Numbered from the stretch's first letter, positions 1 to 12,588 are shown. The stretch: 64,000 bases of DNA from Octopus sinensis (GCF_006345805.1 NC_043005.1:30752001-30816000); one strand, 5' to 3'. Translations and numbers: made by a program. The notes: a model not told the origin generated them from the letters alone.

Positions 1-214
1 ACCATTCATGTTCCTAACACTAACTGAATGATAACTAAGTTATTTTACTAAATTCTTTGTTATATCTAAAATTAATTGGAAGAAACACAGAGCTTCTCAA
101 AATAAGCACAGTAACGAAAGAGTTATTCAAGAAATACATGACATTTTTCACCATGCAGCAGATGGCTAGTTGTACGATAACAATGACGGTTTGTTTTTAT
201 TACTTTTACTGTAG

Positions 215-274
215 GTTGTTCAAGGTGTTTGTGAAGGTTGGGAAACAAAAGAGAAACAAAATGTTTGTCAATGA
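215..274 (+). CDS. Possible terminal coding exon of an upstream gene (VVQGVCEGWETKEKQNVCQ*)
   Basis: Good polypyrimidine tract and acceptor (ttttattacttttactgtag) at 214/215, a short open frame to TGA at 272-274, and AATAAA at 338-343. No homology recognised. Confidence 0.25.
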   Translation, partial: VVQGVCEGWETKEKQNVCQ

Positions 275-457
275 ATGAGACTTTATATGATTTGACAAAG
301 AAAACTTGTACTTGACACAGAAACCAGTAATGAAATCAATAAACATTTTATGTAATCTATAGGATACTGCCTCAAATTATTTCCTCTTTACTTTTACTAA
401 CACTTTTTAACAAACCTTTGTTACAATGCAATGCCTGCAACCCATTTTTAATGACCA

Positions 458-704
458 TATGAAGGTCAGCTTGAAAAGTTCAAAGGCTGACCAAGATACT
501 CTCATGGAATATGACCAAATGAGGTTTATTTTTCAACATAGTCCCCTTCGCATTCCACACACTTCTTCATTGGTCTTGAAGCGCTTGGATTCCATTGGTG
601 AAGAAGCTTTCATCCTGTTCATCAAAAAAGTCATCAACAGCAGATATGACATCATCATCACTGTGATACTGGTTCCCAACTAAGTGCTTTTTCATGTTGA
701 GGAA
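458..704 (-). mobile_element. Mariner (Tc1/mariner) transposon 3' remnant: transposase C-terminus plus terminal inverted repeat
   Basis: Minus strand reads FLNMKKHLVGNQYHSDDDVISAVDDFFDEQDESFFTNGIQALQDQ*RKCVECEGDYVEK*, typical of the mariner C-terminus. It is followed by the TIR-like gaacttttcaagctgaccttca and TA. Confidence 0.8.
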
Positions 705-747
705 TATATATCATCATCATCATCGTTTAACGTCCGCTTGATGATGA

Positions 748-817
<70 letters not shown>

Positions 818-1121
818 AAATTGAGCACAAACACCCTGCTGAAATGAATTAATAAGCCCACATATAACATCTAAGGGTATATCTTTTTGCCTCTGAAGAA
901 ATTACACTAATGTCACATAAATGTAAAAATTTAATGTACAAATTTGTAATTAAATTATTGAGTATTAATTGAAACAGCTGTAAGAAGTGAAGATGACCAA
1001 TTTGTTGTTGATAATAAACAATTATCAACTTCCTAATCTTCATTTTCTTTTCTTCTTTTATATATGTATATGTGTGTGTGTATGTGTGTATTTGTGTATA
1101 TACATACATAGATACATACAA

Positions 1122-1178
1122 ATTGAGAGACTGGTAAAACAGTGTAGGGGATGTGCTATGACAGCAAAGACGCCCCCC
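1122..1178 (+). mobile_element. Very short Gypsy integrase zinc-finger remnant
   Basis: IERLVKQCRGCAMTAKTPP resembles the CxxC half of the integrase HHCC domain. Very short. Confidence 0.35.
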
Positions 1179-1589
1179 AGACGATGAAGTAGACTAGCCC
1201 AATACGTAGATATAGAGGGAGAAGCCTAGACGTCAAGAGAGCAGAGAGGAGTTGAGTAGAGGTCATCCGAACATGCGACATAACATAGACATACTCTGAA
1301 TGTAATTCTATATAAATCTTTAATATTTTTTTTTATACTTAAGACCATCAGAAATGTTAAGATATCATCCTCTACCCACGTTGTCATGCTTTGATTAAAA
1401 GGCATAGATTAGATTAATTAGATAAGTTTCGGCCGAAGTTGACTCAAGTCATGTCTAATTTAATAGCACCACCTGGAATAGATACACAGTCAGCTCTGGT
1501 AAACTGTAGCCCATTCAAGCAGAGGGTTATTGTTTTCAGAGACATATCTGGGTGTGGGTGGTTTATCTGGTATTTATTGGGTGTAATCA

Positions 1590-1920
1590 TCTAGGGTTCA
1601 TTTGAATGCCATGAAGTCACTTTCCTCCTTTAAGTGTGTCTGACACAATGTTGAAGAGAGCAGGGCCAATTGAGGTGAAATAGTTCTGTCATAGTGTTGT
1701 GATACGACACAAGCATTTCTGTAGTGGACAGATGGCACGGGGGCCAAACCTCGGAGGAATTTTAAAGATGGGCAATGTTGATGGAATATTTTCCACATCA
1801 TACAGATGATATAGAGCTCACAGCAGTGGTGGAGGGAGCAAAGCCTGAGCTTTTTGAGTCGATCCCAATAGTCAAGGCTTGTCATGTCATCCACTGCAGA
1901 CCTCCACCAAGCGGTACATT
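1590..1920 (-). mobile_element. CR1/Jockey-group LINE 3' ORF2 remnant
   Basis: LDYWDRLKKLRLCSL...YIICMMWKI matches the post-RT region of CR1-like LINEs. Confidence 0.6.
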
Positions 1921-2279
1921 TTAAGACAGATACGCGAGTAAAATTACTGTCACCATTTCACTTGTTTGCAAAAAAACTGTGAAGCTGAAAGAACACCTAA
2001 AAGAAGGACTCTCTGCAAACCTTTCATGGATATATTAATGGTAGGGACGACATATAGAGATAGATAAAATAATTCTTCCCAGAAGATGTGAGCTGAGGTT
2101 TGATACCTTATGAGTGATGCCTTTGGAAATCCAAAAGAAAAAGAAACCAGACTCCAAGTAAGAACCATTTTTGTTTTCTTTTTATCTTCCTTTCAGTAGC
2201 AACAATGATACAGTTATCAATGTCCAAAGTAGGTGGGGTTTTATTATTATTATCATATATATATATATATATATATGGC

Positions 2280-2945
2280 CTCTGTGCCGGTGGCACATAA
2301 AAAGCACCATCCGAACGTGGCCGATGCCAGCACCGCCCCGACTGGCTTCTGTGCCGGTGGCACATAAAAAGCACCAACCAATCGTGGGATCCCGGAACAT
2401 CTCGCTGTGCTTGAGGAGACCTGTTGAGTCAAGTGCATGTACATGAACATCGAACCAAATATCAATGGAAACAGTAGTTGTGATACCTGTGCCGGTGACA
2501 CATAAAAAGCACCATCCGAACGTGGCCGCTGCCAGTGCAGCCTCCACTAGCTTCTGTGCCGGTGGCACATAAAAAGCACCATCCGAACGTGACCGATGCC
2601 AACCCTGCCTCGAATGGCTTCTGTGCTGGTGGCACATAAAAAGCACCATCCGAACGTGGCCGATGCCAGCACCGCCTTGACTGGCTTCTGTGCCAGTGGC
2701 ACATAAAAAAGCACCAACCGATCGTGGCCGATGCCAGACCCCTCTGGCACCTGTGCAGGTGGCACGTAAAAAGCACCCACTACACTCGCGGGGTGGTTGG
2801 CGTTAGGAAGGGCATCCAGCTGTAGAAACACTGCCAGATCAGACTGGAGCCTGGGGCAGCCCCTGGCTCCCCAGATCCCCGGTCGAACCGTCCAACCCGT
2901 GCTAGCGCGGAAAACGGACGTTAAACAATGATGATGATGATGATG
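2280..2945 (+). repeat. RTE-LINE 3' UTR-derived element with ~67-bp tandem subunits and a (TGA)n tail
   Basis: Repeated gtgccggtggcacataaaaagcaccatccg... units, then the shared terminus aggaagggcatccagctgtagaaac...ggacgttaaacaatgatgatg. The same terminus follows RTE ORF2 at 31375-32040. Confidence 0.75.
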
Positions 2946-4100
2946 ATGATATATATATATATATATATACATATTATTATTATTGTATATACATATATGT
3001 ATATGTTTGTGTGTCTGTATTTGTCCCCCCCCCCCCCCAAATCACTTGACAACAGATGCCGGTGTGTTTACGTCCCTGTCACTTAGCAGTTCGGCAAGAG
3101 AGACCAATAGAATAAGTATTAGGCTTACAAAGAATAAGTCCTGGAGTCGATTGCTTGACTAAAGGTGGTGCTCTAGCATGGCTGCAATCAAATGACTGAA
3201 ATAATAAAAGAAAAGAAAAGAATAAGGAATAAGAAAAGGAAGGGCATCCAGCTGTAGAAACACTGCCAGATCAGATGGAGCCTGGGGCAGCCCCTGGCCC
3301 CAGACCCCGGTCGAACCGTCCAACCCGTGCTAGCGCGGAAAACGGACGTAAACAATGATGATGATGATGATGATGATGATGATATATATATATATATATT
3401 ATATATGCATATTATTATTATTGTATATACATATATGTATATGTTTGTGTGTCTGTATTTGTCCCCCCCCCAAATCACTTGACAACAGATGCCGGTGTGT
3501 TTACATCCCTGTCACTTAGCAGTTCGGCAAGAGAGACCAATAGAATAAGTATTAGGCTTACAAAGAATAAGTCCTGGAGTCGATTTGCTTGACTAAAGGT
3601 GGTGCTCTAGCATGGCCGCAATCAAATGACTGAAATAAATAAAAGAAAAGAAAAGAATAAGGAATAAGAAAAGGAAGGGCATCCAGCTGTAGAAACACTG
3701 CCAGATCAGACTGGAGCCTGGGGCAGCCCCTGGCTCCCCAGACCCCCGGTCGAACCGTCCAACCCGTGCTAGCGCGGAAAACGGACGTTAAACAATGATG
3801 ATGATGATGATGATGATGATGATATATATATATATATATATATATATGCATATTATTATTATTGTATATACATATATGTATATGTTTGTGTGTCTGTATT
3901 TGTCCCCCCCCCAAATCACTTGACAACAGATGCCGGTGTGTTTACATCCCTGTCACTTAGCAGTTCGGCAAGAGAGACCAATAGAATAAGTATTAGGCTT
4001 ACAAAGAATAAGTCCTGGAGTCAATTTGCTTGACTAAAGGTGGTGCTCTAGCATGGCCGCAATCAAATGACTGAAATAAATAAAAGAAAAGAAAAGAATA
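2805..4100 (+). repeat. Three-copy tandem duplication, period ~432-435 bp
   Basis: aggaagggcatcc recurs at 2805, 3237 and 3672. Each unit contains the LINE tail, (AT)n and a SINE 3' part. Confidence 0.9.
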
Positions 4101-4540
4101 ATAGAGAAACAAAAATAAACTTTGGAAACAGCAATGCCACCATAGGTTATGTGGAAACGATGAACGTGTTTTCAAGGGAGATAATCAAAGAATGTAACAT
4201 TGTAATACTTCATGTAAAGTAAATATAACAAATGAAAAATCCTTCAAGAATCCATAAAAATTCCCAGATAACTACCAAAATTTCATCATCTGTTCATTGT
4301 ATCATTACCAATTTTTCCTGCAAGTTTCATCAAATACCATTTGCAACTTTCCGAATTATTTTGCACACAGATGGACAGACAGACAAACCAGTACCAATGA
4401 AAACATAACCTCCTTCCTTGGCGGAGGTAATAATGCTTTAAGATAAAAGCAGATGTTAATCAAAATAAAATTAGTTTAAAGAATCTCTGTGTGTATATTA
4501 ATACATATGAGTTTATAATGTACAGACGACAACAGAAAAT

Positions 4541-6790
4541 CTTCCCTTAGGTTGAAACTTCTCCTCCACACTTGAAACTTCTCCTCTAGTTCTGATAGTG
4601 ACTCAGCAATTAGAGCAAGGTCATCAGCATAGAGGAGCTCCCAGGGGCATCCTATCTTGAATTCCTCCGTTATTGCCTGGAGGACTATGAAAAATAGGAG
4701 GGGGCTGAGGACTGAACCCTAGTGCACCCCTACCTCTACCCTGAATTCTTCAGTGTACTCGTTGCCAACCCTCACCTTACTGACAGTGTCCTTGATGCGT
4801 CCCTGCATGAGTTTCACTAACCATTCATCTATCCCTAGTTTCCTCATTGACCACCAGATAAGGGATCGGGGGACCCTGTCAAAGGTTTTCTCCATGTCAA
4901 CGAAAGCCAGGTAGAGGGGCTTATCTTTGGCTAGGTATTTCTCCTGCAGCTGTCTTACCAGAAATATAGCATTAGTGGCGCTTTTCCCTGGGATGAAACC
5001 AAACTGCATCTCATCCAAACTGACTCTTTCCCTAATTAGTTGGGCTATGACCCTCTCCATGACCTTCATTACCTGATCCAACAGCTTGATACCTCTGTAA
5101 TTATTTGTATCTAAAGCGTCACCTTTACCTTTGTAGCAGTTGACTATTATGCAGCTACACTAGTCATTGGGTATGACTCCTTCATGTATCACCTGGTTAA
5201 CTATATGGGTGACTAGGCTATAGCCAACACTGCCAGATATTTTGAGCATCTCTGCAGTAATTCCTGATGGGCCGGGGGCTTTCCCTGTCTTCATACTTTT
5301 AATTGCTTTATCTACCAAGGTACTGTCAACTCAGATAGCTGGTCCCTCTGTTGGGTCAACATTCGGCAGACTCTCTTTCTCCCATTCATTTTCTTTATTG
5401 AGCAACCTTTCATAATGGCATCTCCAAACCTCTGTCTTTGCACCCTCATTTAGCGCAAGTGAGCCATCATCCATGCGAACACATTTCTCTCCTACAACAT
5501 CACGATTCTCTCTCACACACTGTCTTGCAAAACGAAATACCTCAAGTCTTTGGTCCTCACGGTGCAGAACATTGGCAAATTTTTTCTTATCTGCTTCCCC
5601 TCTGGCTAAATAAACCTGTCTCCTAGCTCCTCTTTTGGTAGTCTGATACAATTCCCTGCTACCACCATTTTTCCAGTCCTTCCAAGCCTGTTTCTTTTCT
5701 CTAATAGCTCTGTCAACAACATTGTTCCACCACCTCATCATTTTCGGTCAAGAGGGGACATTGCACCATCCACAGATCTGGTCAGTGACCCTTAACAGGT
5801 TGTCCCATAGAAACCTCCAGTTGTCTTCTATATCGTGTGAAGCTATATCCCCTTCTATTTCGTCAAAGGCTTCGATTAATATGTCTCTAAATCTCTGTCC
5901 GTTTGCCAGATCTTTAAGTCTCCAGACCCTTCTTCTCCTTGCTGGTCATCTTCTGGGCATACATTTAGCCCTGATCCTGAAGTCACTAATTACCAGTCTA
6001 TGTTGTGGGGTACATTCTTCACCTGGGAAGGTTTTGGCATTTATAAGCAGCCATCTTTCCCTTTTTCTGGTGAGGATGTAGTCAATTTGACTAGTGCATC
6101 TGCCCAAGTGGTAGGTGACTAGGTGACTGGCAGGTTTTCTGAAGTTTGTATTGCAGACCATAAGATCAATTGCATCGCAGAACGCCAGCAGCCTGGTTCC
6201 CCCCTCATTGCGAGAGCCAAAACCATAGCCTCCATGTATGACATGGACGCCCCCAACATGTCATCCAACATGTCCATTGAAGTCACCAGCCACAAAGAGA
6301 AGGTCCCTGTCATTTGTCAACGTGGTAGTCTGCAAGAAGGTGTCATAGAATCGGTCTTTCTGTCCATCGGATAGCCCTGGCTGAGGGGCATAGGCTGAGA
6401 TAATGGTTGCTAACCCATGATGGAGCACTAATCTAATCTTAAGTATTCTGTCGCATACTCTGACTACCTCAATTACTTTATCTACCCATTTCTCCACAAG
6501 AAGTATACCCACACCCCCAACCCCACCAGTGTTCCCTGCCCAGAAAATCTTGTACCTGTGTTCTTTGCCTGTGAGAAACCTAGCAGAACCCCCTCTCCAC
6601 CTTACTTCTTGGATGCAGCACATATCAACACATCTCCGTTCAAGCATCTCAACAATCTCACCAGACCTACCTTTCAGTGTGCCGACGTTGAGAGTGCCAA
6701 CCCTGAGGGTGTGGGAGGTATGGGCCCTTGAGACCCTAGGACAGGGGACAGTGGCATCATGTACCTGAAAAGAGAGCTCGCATTTGTATA
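4541..6790 (-). mobile_element. RTE-clade LINE: APE endonuclease plus RT, degenerate and 3'-truncated just after the YADD motif
   Basis: RVGTLNVGTL...CCIQEVRWRG...SAYAPQ...VAGDFNGHVG (APE); QFGFIPGKS...FVDMEKTFDRVPR and LLYADDL (RT). Contains stops and frameshifts. Confidence 0.95.
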
Positions 6791-7076
6791 CCTGAAAATA
6801 TATATATATATACATATATATATATGTACATATATATATATATATTATATATATATATATATATATAAAGAAAGAGAGAGATTAAGTTAAGAGAAAAAGA
6901 GAAGGGCAAGGAGCAAGTTATTTGTGCACACATTTGAATGCAGGTGTTTTTCTGAGTGATTATAGTATACATGCATGTTTTATAAGTGTGTTTATATGCA
7001 CGCCAAATGCAAAATGATTACTATAGCATATCAGTTAAAGCAAACAAAGAACATTGTTCTGTTGTGTTTCAACCAG

Positions 7077-7320
7077 GTACACAAACGTGTATGCTTCTTT
7101 GCAGCCTGACTGTAACATTGTACAATACAATGGGGATTTTATCATCAGAACAAAGGATGTCTTTGTCAATCAAAGAGTTGCGTCTGTTTCATATAACTAT
7201 AACATACATCAGATGATCTTTATTGCTGTTCAAGTATATTTTAGGCCCTTGTTCTTCATTGTTGACTTGAGATCATTGGTTAACTTTGTTAATAAATTAT
7301 TATTAATCAATGATATTCAT
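7077..7320 (+). CDS. Candidate orphan coding exon
   Basis: Acceptor ttgttctgttgtgtttcaaccag, an 81-codon open frame (YTNVYASLQPDCNIVQYNGDFIIRTKDVFVNQRV...LLINDIH) and a perfect donor GTAAGT at 7321. No recognised homology or certain partner exons. Confidence 0.3.
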
Positions 7321-9019
7321 GTAAGTTATTCAGGTCAATTGCAGCCATGAAAGTAAGCATCGTATTGATTAACCGGTTGCTGAGTCCTGTGCTTCTATCT
7401 TATTATTGGTAAGATGTTCTGCCCTGAGCTAAAATAGTTACCATTTAGTGAGCCAGAGATAGATTCAATGCATCGGTCATCATTGTTTTATAATCAGTAA
7501 TCACTCATGAATATTATATAAATAGCAAGATGCAGGTGAGGCTGTGTGAGTAAGAAGCTTGCTGTATGGGGTCTTAGGTTTACTTGCACTGCACAGCATC
7601 TTGGGCAAATGTCTTCTACTATAACCTCAGGCCAACCAAAGCTTTAAGAGTAGATTCGGTATAGGGAAACTGAAAGAGGCCTGTCATACATGTGTATGTA
7701 TGCATAGGTGTGTGAGCGCATGTATGTGTGCATTTGAGCATTTGTGTGGGAGTGGGGGTGGGTGCATATGTGACATTTTTTATGTTATAATGTAGACATC
7801 TTCATCTACTTGCATGCTATTGTCGGCACTGTAATATTCTTGTTGCCACTATTATGTTGCAGCAGTATTCTGCCTTTAATTATCTTTGACTCGTCTATTG
7901 TGCTATCGCTGATAGCTCCACATGACAATGACTTTGTAATGTCTACCTTGACGGTAACTCAAACACGTATATATCACATAACTGACACTGACTCTAACTG
8001 GACTCGTGCAACGACTCTACTACTACGGACCTCCTACAACAACTGACTGTCTGACTTTATAGTGGCCATGTCATACTACTTTGTCACATGGGAAGGGGAA
8101 TACTATTTTCACTACAACACTTTCTTAACTCTGCTCTGGAAAGCCTTATATTGTGTATAGTAAAGTTTATGGAAACATACTTTCTGTCAAGAACATGACA
8201 GCATGTTAAACAAGGGTGAAAATTTAGGCAATGAAATTCCAAACAGATTACAAAAGAGATGGATATTTTTTTGGAAAATTACTATCTTCATCATGGTCTC
8301 AACAATATATAAAAATGACATTAACCTATTTTAAAAACATGTATTTTGTTTTGTTGTAGGGCTGTGAATATAGGCATTATTTTCCTGTCATTTTAAACAG
8401 TTTAAGCATTTTCTGCCAAAGTGTTTTCAATAAATTTTGCATATATTAGTGGTGCTCCAGCATGACCACAGATGCATGGCTGAAACGAGTAAAAGAGTAT
8501 ATCTTAGAAAGAGTATGAGTGGTCTTGATGCTTTGATGTAAGGAATAAGCAGAGGTCTCTTGTGATTTAAACAGACTAAGGTTGTCCGGCCTTGTCAAAA
8601 GAATTCATAAGTCTGTTTTCTGTGGAGAACTATGTTCTAGGAAAATACCCTTTCACAAATAAAGTTAAGACACATACCCTGCTTTAAGTTCAATCTGAAA
8701 ATGGTGGAGAGTTGAGAAGAAAATGCACTGGATTGGGTATCATGGAGAAAATATACATCCAATATATCCAAGCATTTTTGAAAAGAATTACATTAAACAG
8801 GAAAAAATTGAAATAAGACCCTAAAAAAGGAAACCCTTGGATATAGTCTCTTCATATGTTCACTTTGTAAATGCATTTATCTTTTTTAAGTTGGTTACCT
8901 AGTTGTGTAACAACCATTGTCTTTTTATTGGCGGTTTGAAGAGACATAAGTCTGTACTCAATATCAGTTATCAGAATTCTTTGAGGCATTCAAATAACAA
9001 AAAAAACATTTATGTAATA

Positions 9020-9276
9020 CAGTTCTATATTTAAGAGATGAGGAATTATGTACATTATTTACATTATTTACATCTGACAGATATTTGTCCTCATCTTGTT
9101 TGTTGTTAGCACAATGTTTCGGCTGATATACCCTCCAGCCTTAGGAATGAGAACTCATGTTCGAAATTTCCCCAAGACACCTGATGAAGGTTGGAGGTTA
9201 TATCAGCCGAAACATTGTGTTAACATCAAACAAGATGAGGGCAAATATCCGTCAAATGTAAATAATGTAAATAATG
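9020..9276. mobile_element. Inverted pair of Penelope-pLTR-like tails with a hammerhead-like motif, flanked by a 13-bp direct repeat
   Basis: Arms at about 9021-9142 and 9143-9276 are reverse complements. catttatgtaata occurs at 9007-9019 and 9277-9289. Confidence 0.75.
9177..9220 (+). ncRNA. Minimal type I hammerhead ribozyme-like motif (degenerate)
   Basis: ACAC-CTGATGA-A-GGTTG(loop)CAGCC-GAAAC-AT-T-GTGT. Stem I, the core and stem II are intact; the palindromic stem III ACGT has decayed to ACAT. Confidence 0.6.
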
Positions 9277-9419
9277 CATTTATGTAATAGTTGAGGTAAA
9301 AGCAGCAAATCAGAAACTGGACGAAGAAAAAGTCCCTTTGAAACACCAACATTAAACAGCCTTCCTAATTAAATTTTATTTCAAATGTAACTTGTCAACT
9401 GTGCTGGTATGGTCATGTG

Positions 9420-10250
9420 TTGTGTGTGGATGAAGACAGCTGTGTGAAGAAGTATCATACCCTAACAGTGGAGGGAACCTGTGGAAGCAGTAGACCCAGG
9501 AAAACATGGGATGAGGTGGTGAAGCACGACCTTCAAATGTTGGGCTTCACAGAGGCAATGACAAGCAACTGAGGCCTTTAGAGATATGCTCTGCTTGAAA
9601 GGACCCGGCAAGCCAAGTGAGATTGTAGCTATGACCGATGCCAGTGTTGCATAATTGGCCCATTTAAAAGCACCTTTCAATTATCAGGCAATCTGCCAAG
9701 CTTGTGAAGACTTGTTGAACCAAATTGTAGTTGTGGCCAATGCCGGTGCCACCTGACTGTGGCACATGCTGGTGCCATGTAAAAAGCACCATTCAAGTAC
9801 GGCTAATGCCAGTGCCACCTGACTGGCACCAGTGCTGGTGGCACATAAAAGACATCATTTGAGCATGGTCGATGCCAGTGCCACCTGACTGGCTCCCATG
9901 CCAGTAGCATATAAAAAAACCACCATTTGAGCATGACCAGTGCCAGTGCTGCCTGCTTGGCACCTGTGCCAGTGGCACATAGAAAGCACCATTCGAGTGT
10001 GGTTGATGCCAATGCTGCCTGACTGGCTCCCATGCCAGTGGCATGTAAAAAGCACCCACTACACTCTCGAAGTAGTTAGCATTAGGAAGGGCATCCAGCT
10101 GTAGAAACCTTGCTAGATCAGATTGGAGCCTGGTGCAGCCTGTTGCAGCCTCCTGGCTTGCCAATCATCAGTCAGACCATCCAACCCATGCCAACATGGA
10201 AAATGGACGTTAAACGACGATAATGATGATGATGATGATGATGATGATGA
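9420..10250 (+). mobile_element. RTE LINE 3' end (ORF2 tail, tandem 3' UTR subunits, (TGA)n)
   Basis: tggtatggtcatgtg...gtggagggaacctgtggaag...aaaacatgggatgaggtggtgaagcacgacc is homologous to 31150-31375, followed by the shared tail. Confidence 0.85.
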
Positions 10251-10750
10251 AAGTTGTAAATTTTAAACAATCTTTAATTTTTAACAAATGCTTCGAGAAA
10301 TTTGCCAAACTAGAAACACTATCAATATAACCCTTGATAAACTGTGTGGAGTAAGGTGTAGAGGTGTTGAGGTATGTGGAGTTGCATTGCATATGTTAGA
10401 AAATATGACTTCTTTTCTGTATCAGCAAAGAGATGTGAAATTTTCAAAAGTAAAGCTTTTAGTCCTTCTGATATCAACCTGTCTGAGATTGTGGCTAGTT
10501 CTATAATATGATACAAATTTCCTGTTTTAAAATGATCTAAATAAAAACCTATCAAAATTTCATGTTGATTTATATTCCAAACACTAGAATATAATAACAA
10601 GGTTGTTTTAGTAAATTCTTCATTATTTTCAAAGTTAATTGAAATAACTTTAGATGAGTTGTAGTGCACCTTGAGCACTGTACACAATGTTTTATTATTA
10701 TTATTTTTAAACACAGTATATTTGAACAGAAATATGGTAATAAGGAAAAC

Positions 10751-10977
10751 GGCAAGCTGGCAGAAACGTTAGCACGCCGAGCGAAATGCTTAGTGGTATT
10801 TCATCTGCTGCTACGTTCTGAATTCAAATTCCGTCGAAGTCGACTTTGCCTTTCATCCTTTCGGAGTCGATAAATTAAGTACCAGTTACGGGGTCGATGT
10901 AATCGACTTAATTCCTTTGTCTGTCTTTGTTTGTCTTCTCTATGTTTAGCCCCTTGTGGGCAATAAAGAAATAAGAA
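10751..10977 (+). mobile_element. tRNA-like-head SINE (further copies near 33790, 34375, 36200, 36920, 48565)
   Basis: ggcaagctggcagaaacgttagc...ttcaaattcc...gtcgactttgcctttcatcctttcgg...gataaattaagtaccag recurs several times in the window. Confidence 0.8.
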
Positions 10978-12192
10978 ATATGGTAATGAAAGAGTTAACC
11001 CTTTTCTTAAAATCTTTGCAGAATAACTGTAAAAAAATATCTACAGAGTCATATTTATAGCTATTTATCTGCCCTGTGTGATTACAGCATGGAGCTTGGA
11101 ATAAAGATCTGTAGTCAGGATTTGAAATCAGATCTCTGAATATTCAGTCAGACATCGTGACCAAACCACATTTCCCATGATTGGTCTATTAAACAACCAA
11201 TCAGTGTTAAGCCATCGTATGATAGAATTTTCTAGAATCTTGTTGTCCCCTATAAAAGGGTCACTCTTGGCAGTAATTGATTGCAGAATACTAAGGCAGC
11301 TGAACAATATGTCTCCATTCTTGTCACACAAGAGCATGCATTTCAACCAGCCAGATGACACAGGAAGACAGATGGCGCAGATAGATGACATGGACCTCAA
11401 TCACCACAAATATAGCACCATTGTTTCCAGTTATGTTGGACAAGGCACGTGTTGCCATATTAATAGCACGCCATAAACTCCAAGCAATATATATTTCACA
11501 GTATGTAATTATTGCTGTTGTTATTTGTAAAAGGTCAATGCGATTGCTTTTTATGTGCAGTAATAAAATCTATTAAATGTTCATGGGTATTGTTTAGTTA
11601 TTTCTAAATGCAACCCAAGAAACATATTTTCATTCATCAACTCAACCTGTCACCACCACTTCCAGCCCAACAGGTTGCGACAGAAGAAAACAACAAACTT
11701 CGCTTTTCTTATCCGTACTACACTGAGATTAACTCTGGGTCAACCTTGGCCTATGATCAAAGATATTCCAGATATGACCATCCTGTCTTTTTGTCAGTAT
11801 AGTGTATATAGGACCTCATTCCACTATGTGACTTTTTAAGACAATGAGGTATGATTGGAGCGAGATTTGGCTGCTATTTCTAAAACGTAGAGTGACCATA
11901 TACAAGCTTTCTCATTGCGTCTCTTATGGTGCTTTACAAATGAAGAGAGAGAGTGAAAAAAGAGTGAGAGAGAGAGTGGAAGAGAGTGACAGAGAAAGAG
12001 AGAAAGAGAAAGACAGAGAATGAGAGATTTGATCAAGGTAGATAATATATTCCATATTTTCCTTGGTGTTGTCTCCCTTAGTGGAAACAATTCTGCGATG
12101 GTAGCATTTCGTTCCTGGGTCAACTATAATGGGACAAACCTATGATCAAAAGCATGTCAACCGTGACCATTATGTCTTTTGACATAGAATAC

Positions 12193-12588
12193 CTAGGGAC
12201 ATTCCAATACAAGAACATCGAAAATTATCTAGTGCCCTCAAAACTGTATGTTTTAAGCACCGTTGACTACGAAACTGTAGTTTGGGGGAATGGGAGAGAG
12301 GAAACAGGGTTTGTCCCCTCTGGTCCGTAATTTTTCGGTTTAGATTTTCTCTTGATTTTTTTTTTCTTTTTTTTTTTCAGATTGCTTTAAGTATTTGAGA
12401 TTAGTCTTCAAAATTATGCGTATTATAAACCCGAAAATTTACGGAAGGGGGAAACGGGCTCCGCCACCAGTCACTTTCTTTCAGATTCCTATTCCACGAT
12501 GCTTAAAACATACAGAGATGAAGAAATTACGGATTTTGGTACACTAGATAATTTCTGACTCTATTTTATAGGAATACGTTATCCCTAG
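12193..12588. mobile_element. Old MITE-like element with long imperfect inverted arms
   Basis: Arm 12193-12338 and arm 12431-12588 share inverted blocks ctaggga, aaattatctagtg, ctgtatgttttaagca and ccgtaa(t/a)ttttcgg. Confidence 0.55.

Noticed and set aside
2110-2157. Mini-exon ATG AGT GAT...CTC CAA/GTAAG (MSDAFGNPKEKETRLQ)
   Set aside because: It is too short, has no homology, and its phase does not match the candidate exon at 7077.
2280-2780. Regularly spaced repeats resembling a CRISPR array (also 31427-31880 and 52230-52450)
   Set aside because: There are no unique spacers, the whole unit repeats, it is continuous with an RTE LINE 3' UTR, and the context is eukaryotic with no cas genes.
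11128-11476. Overlapping ~90-100 aa ORFs on both strands
   Set aside because: No recognisable domain, weak splice signals, and this length is reachable by chance.
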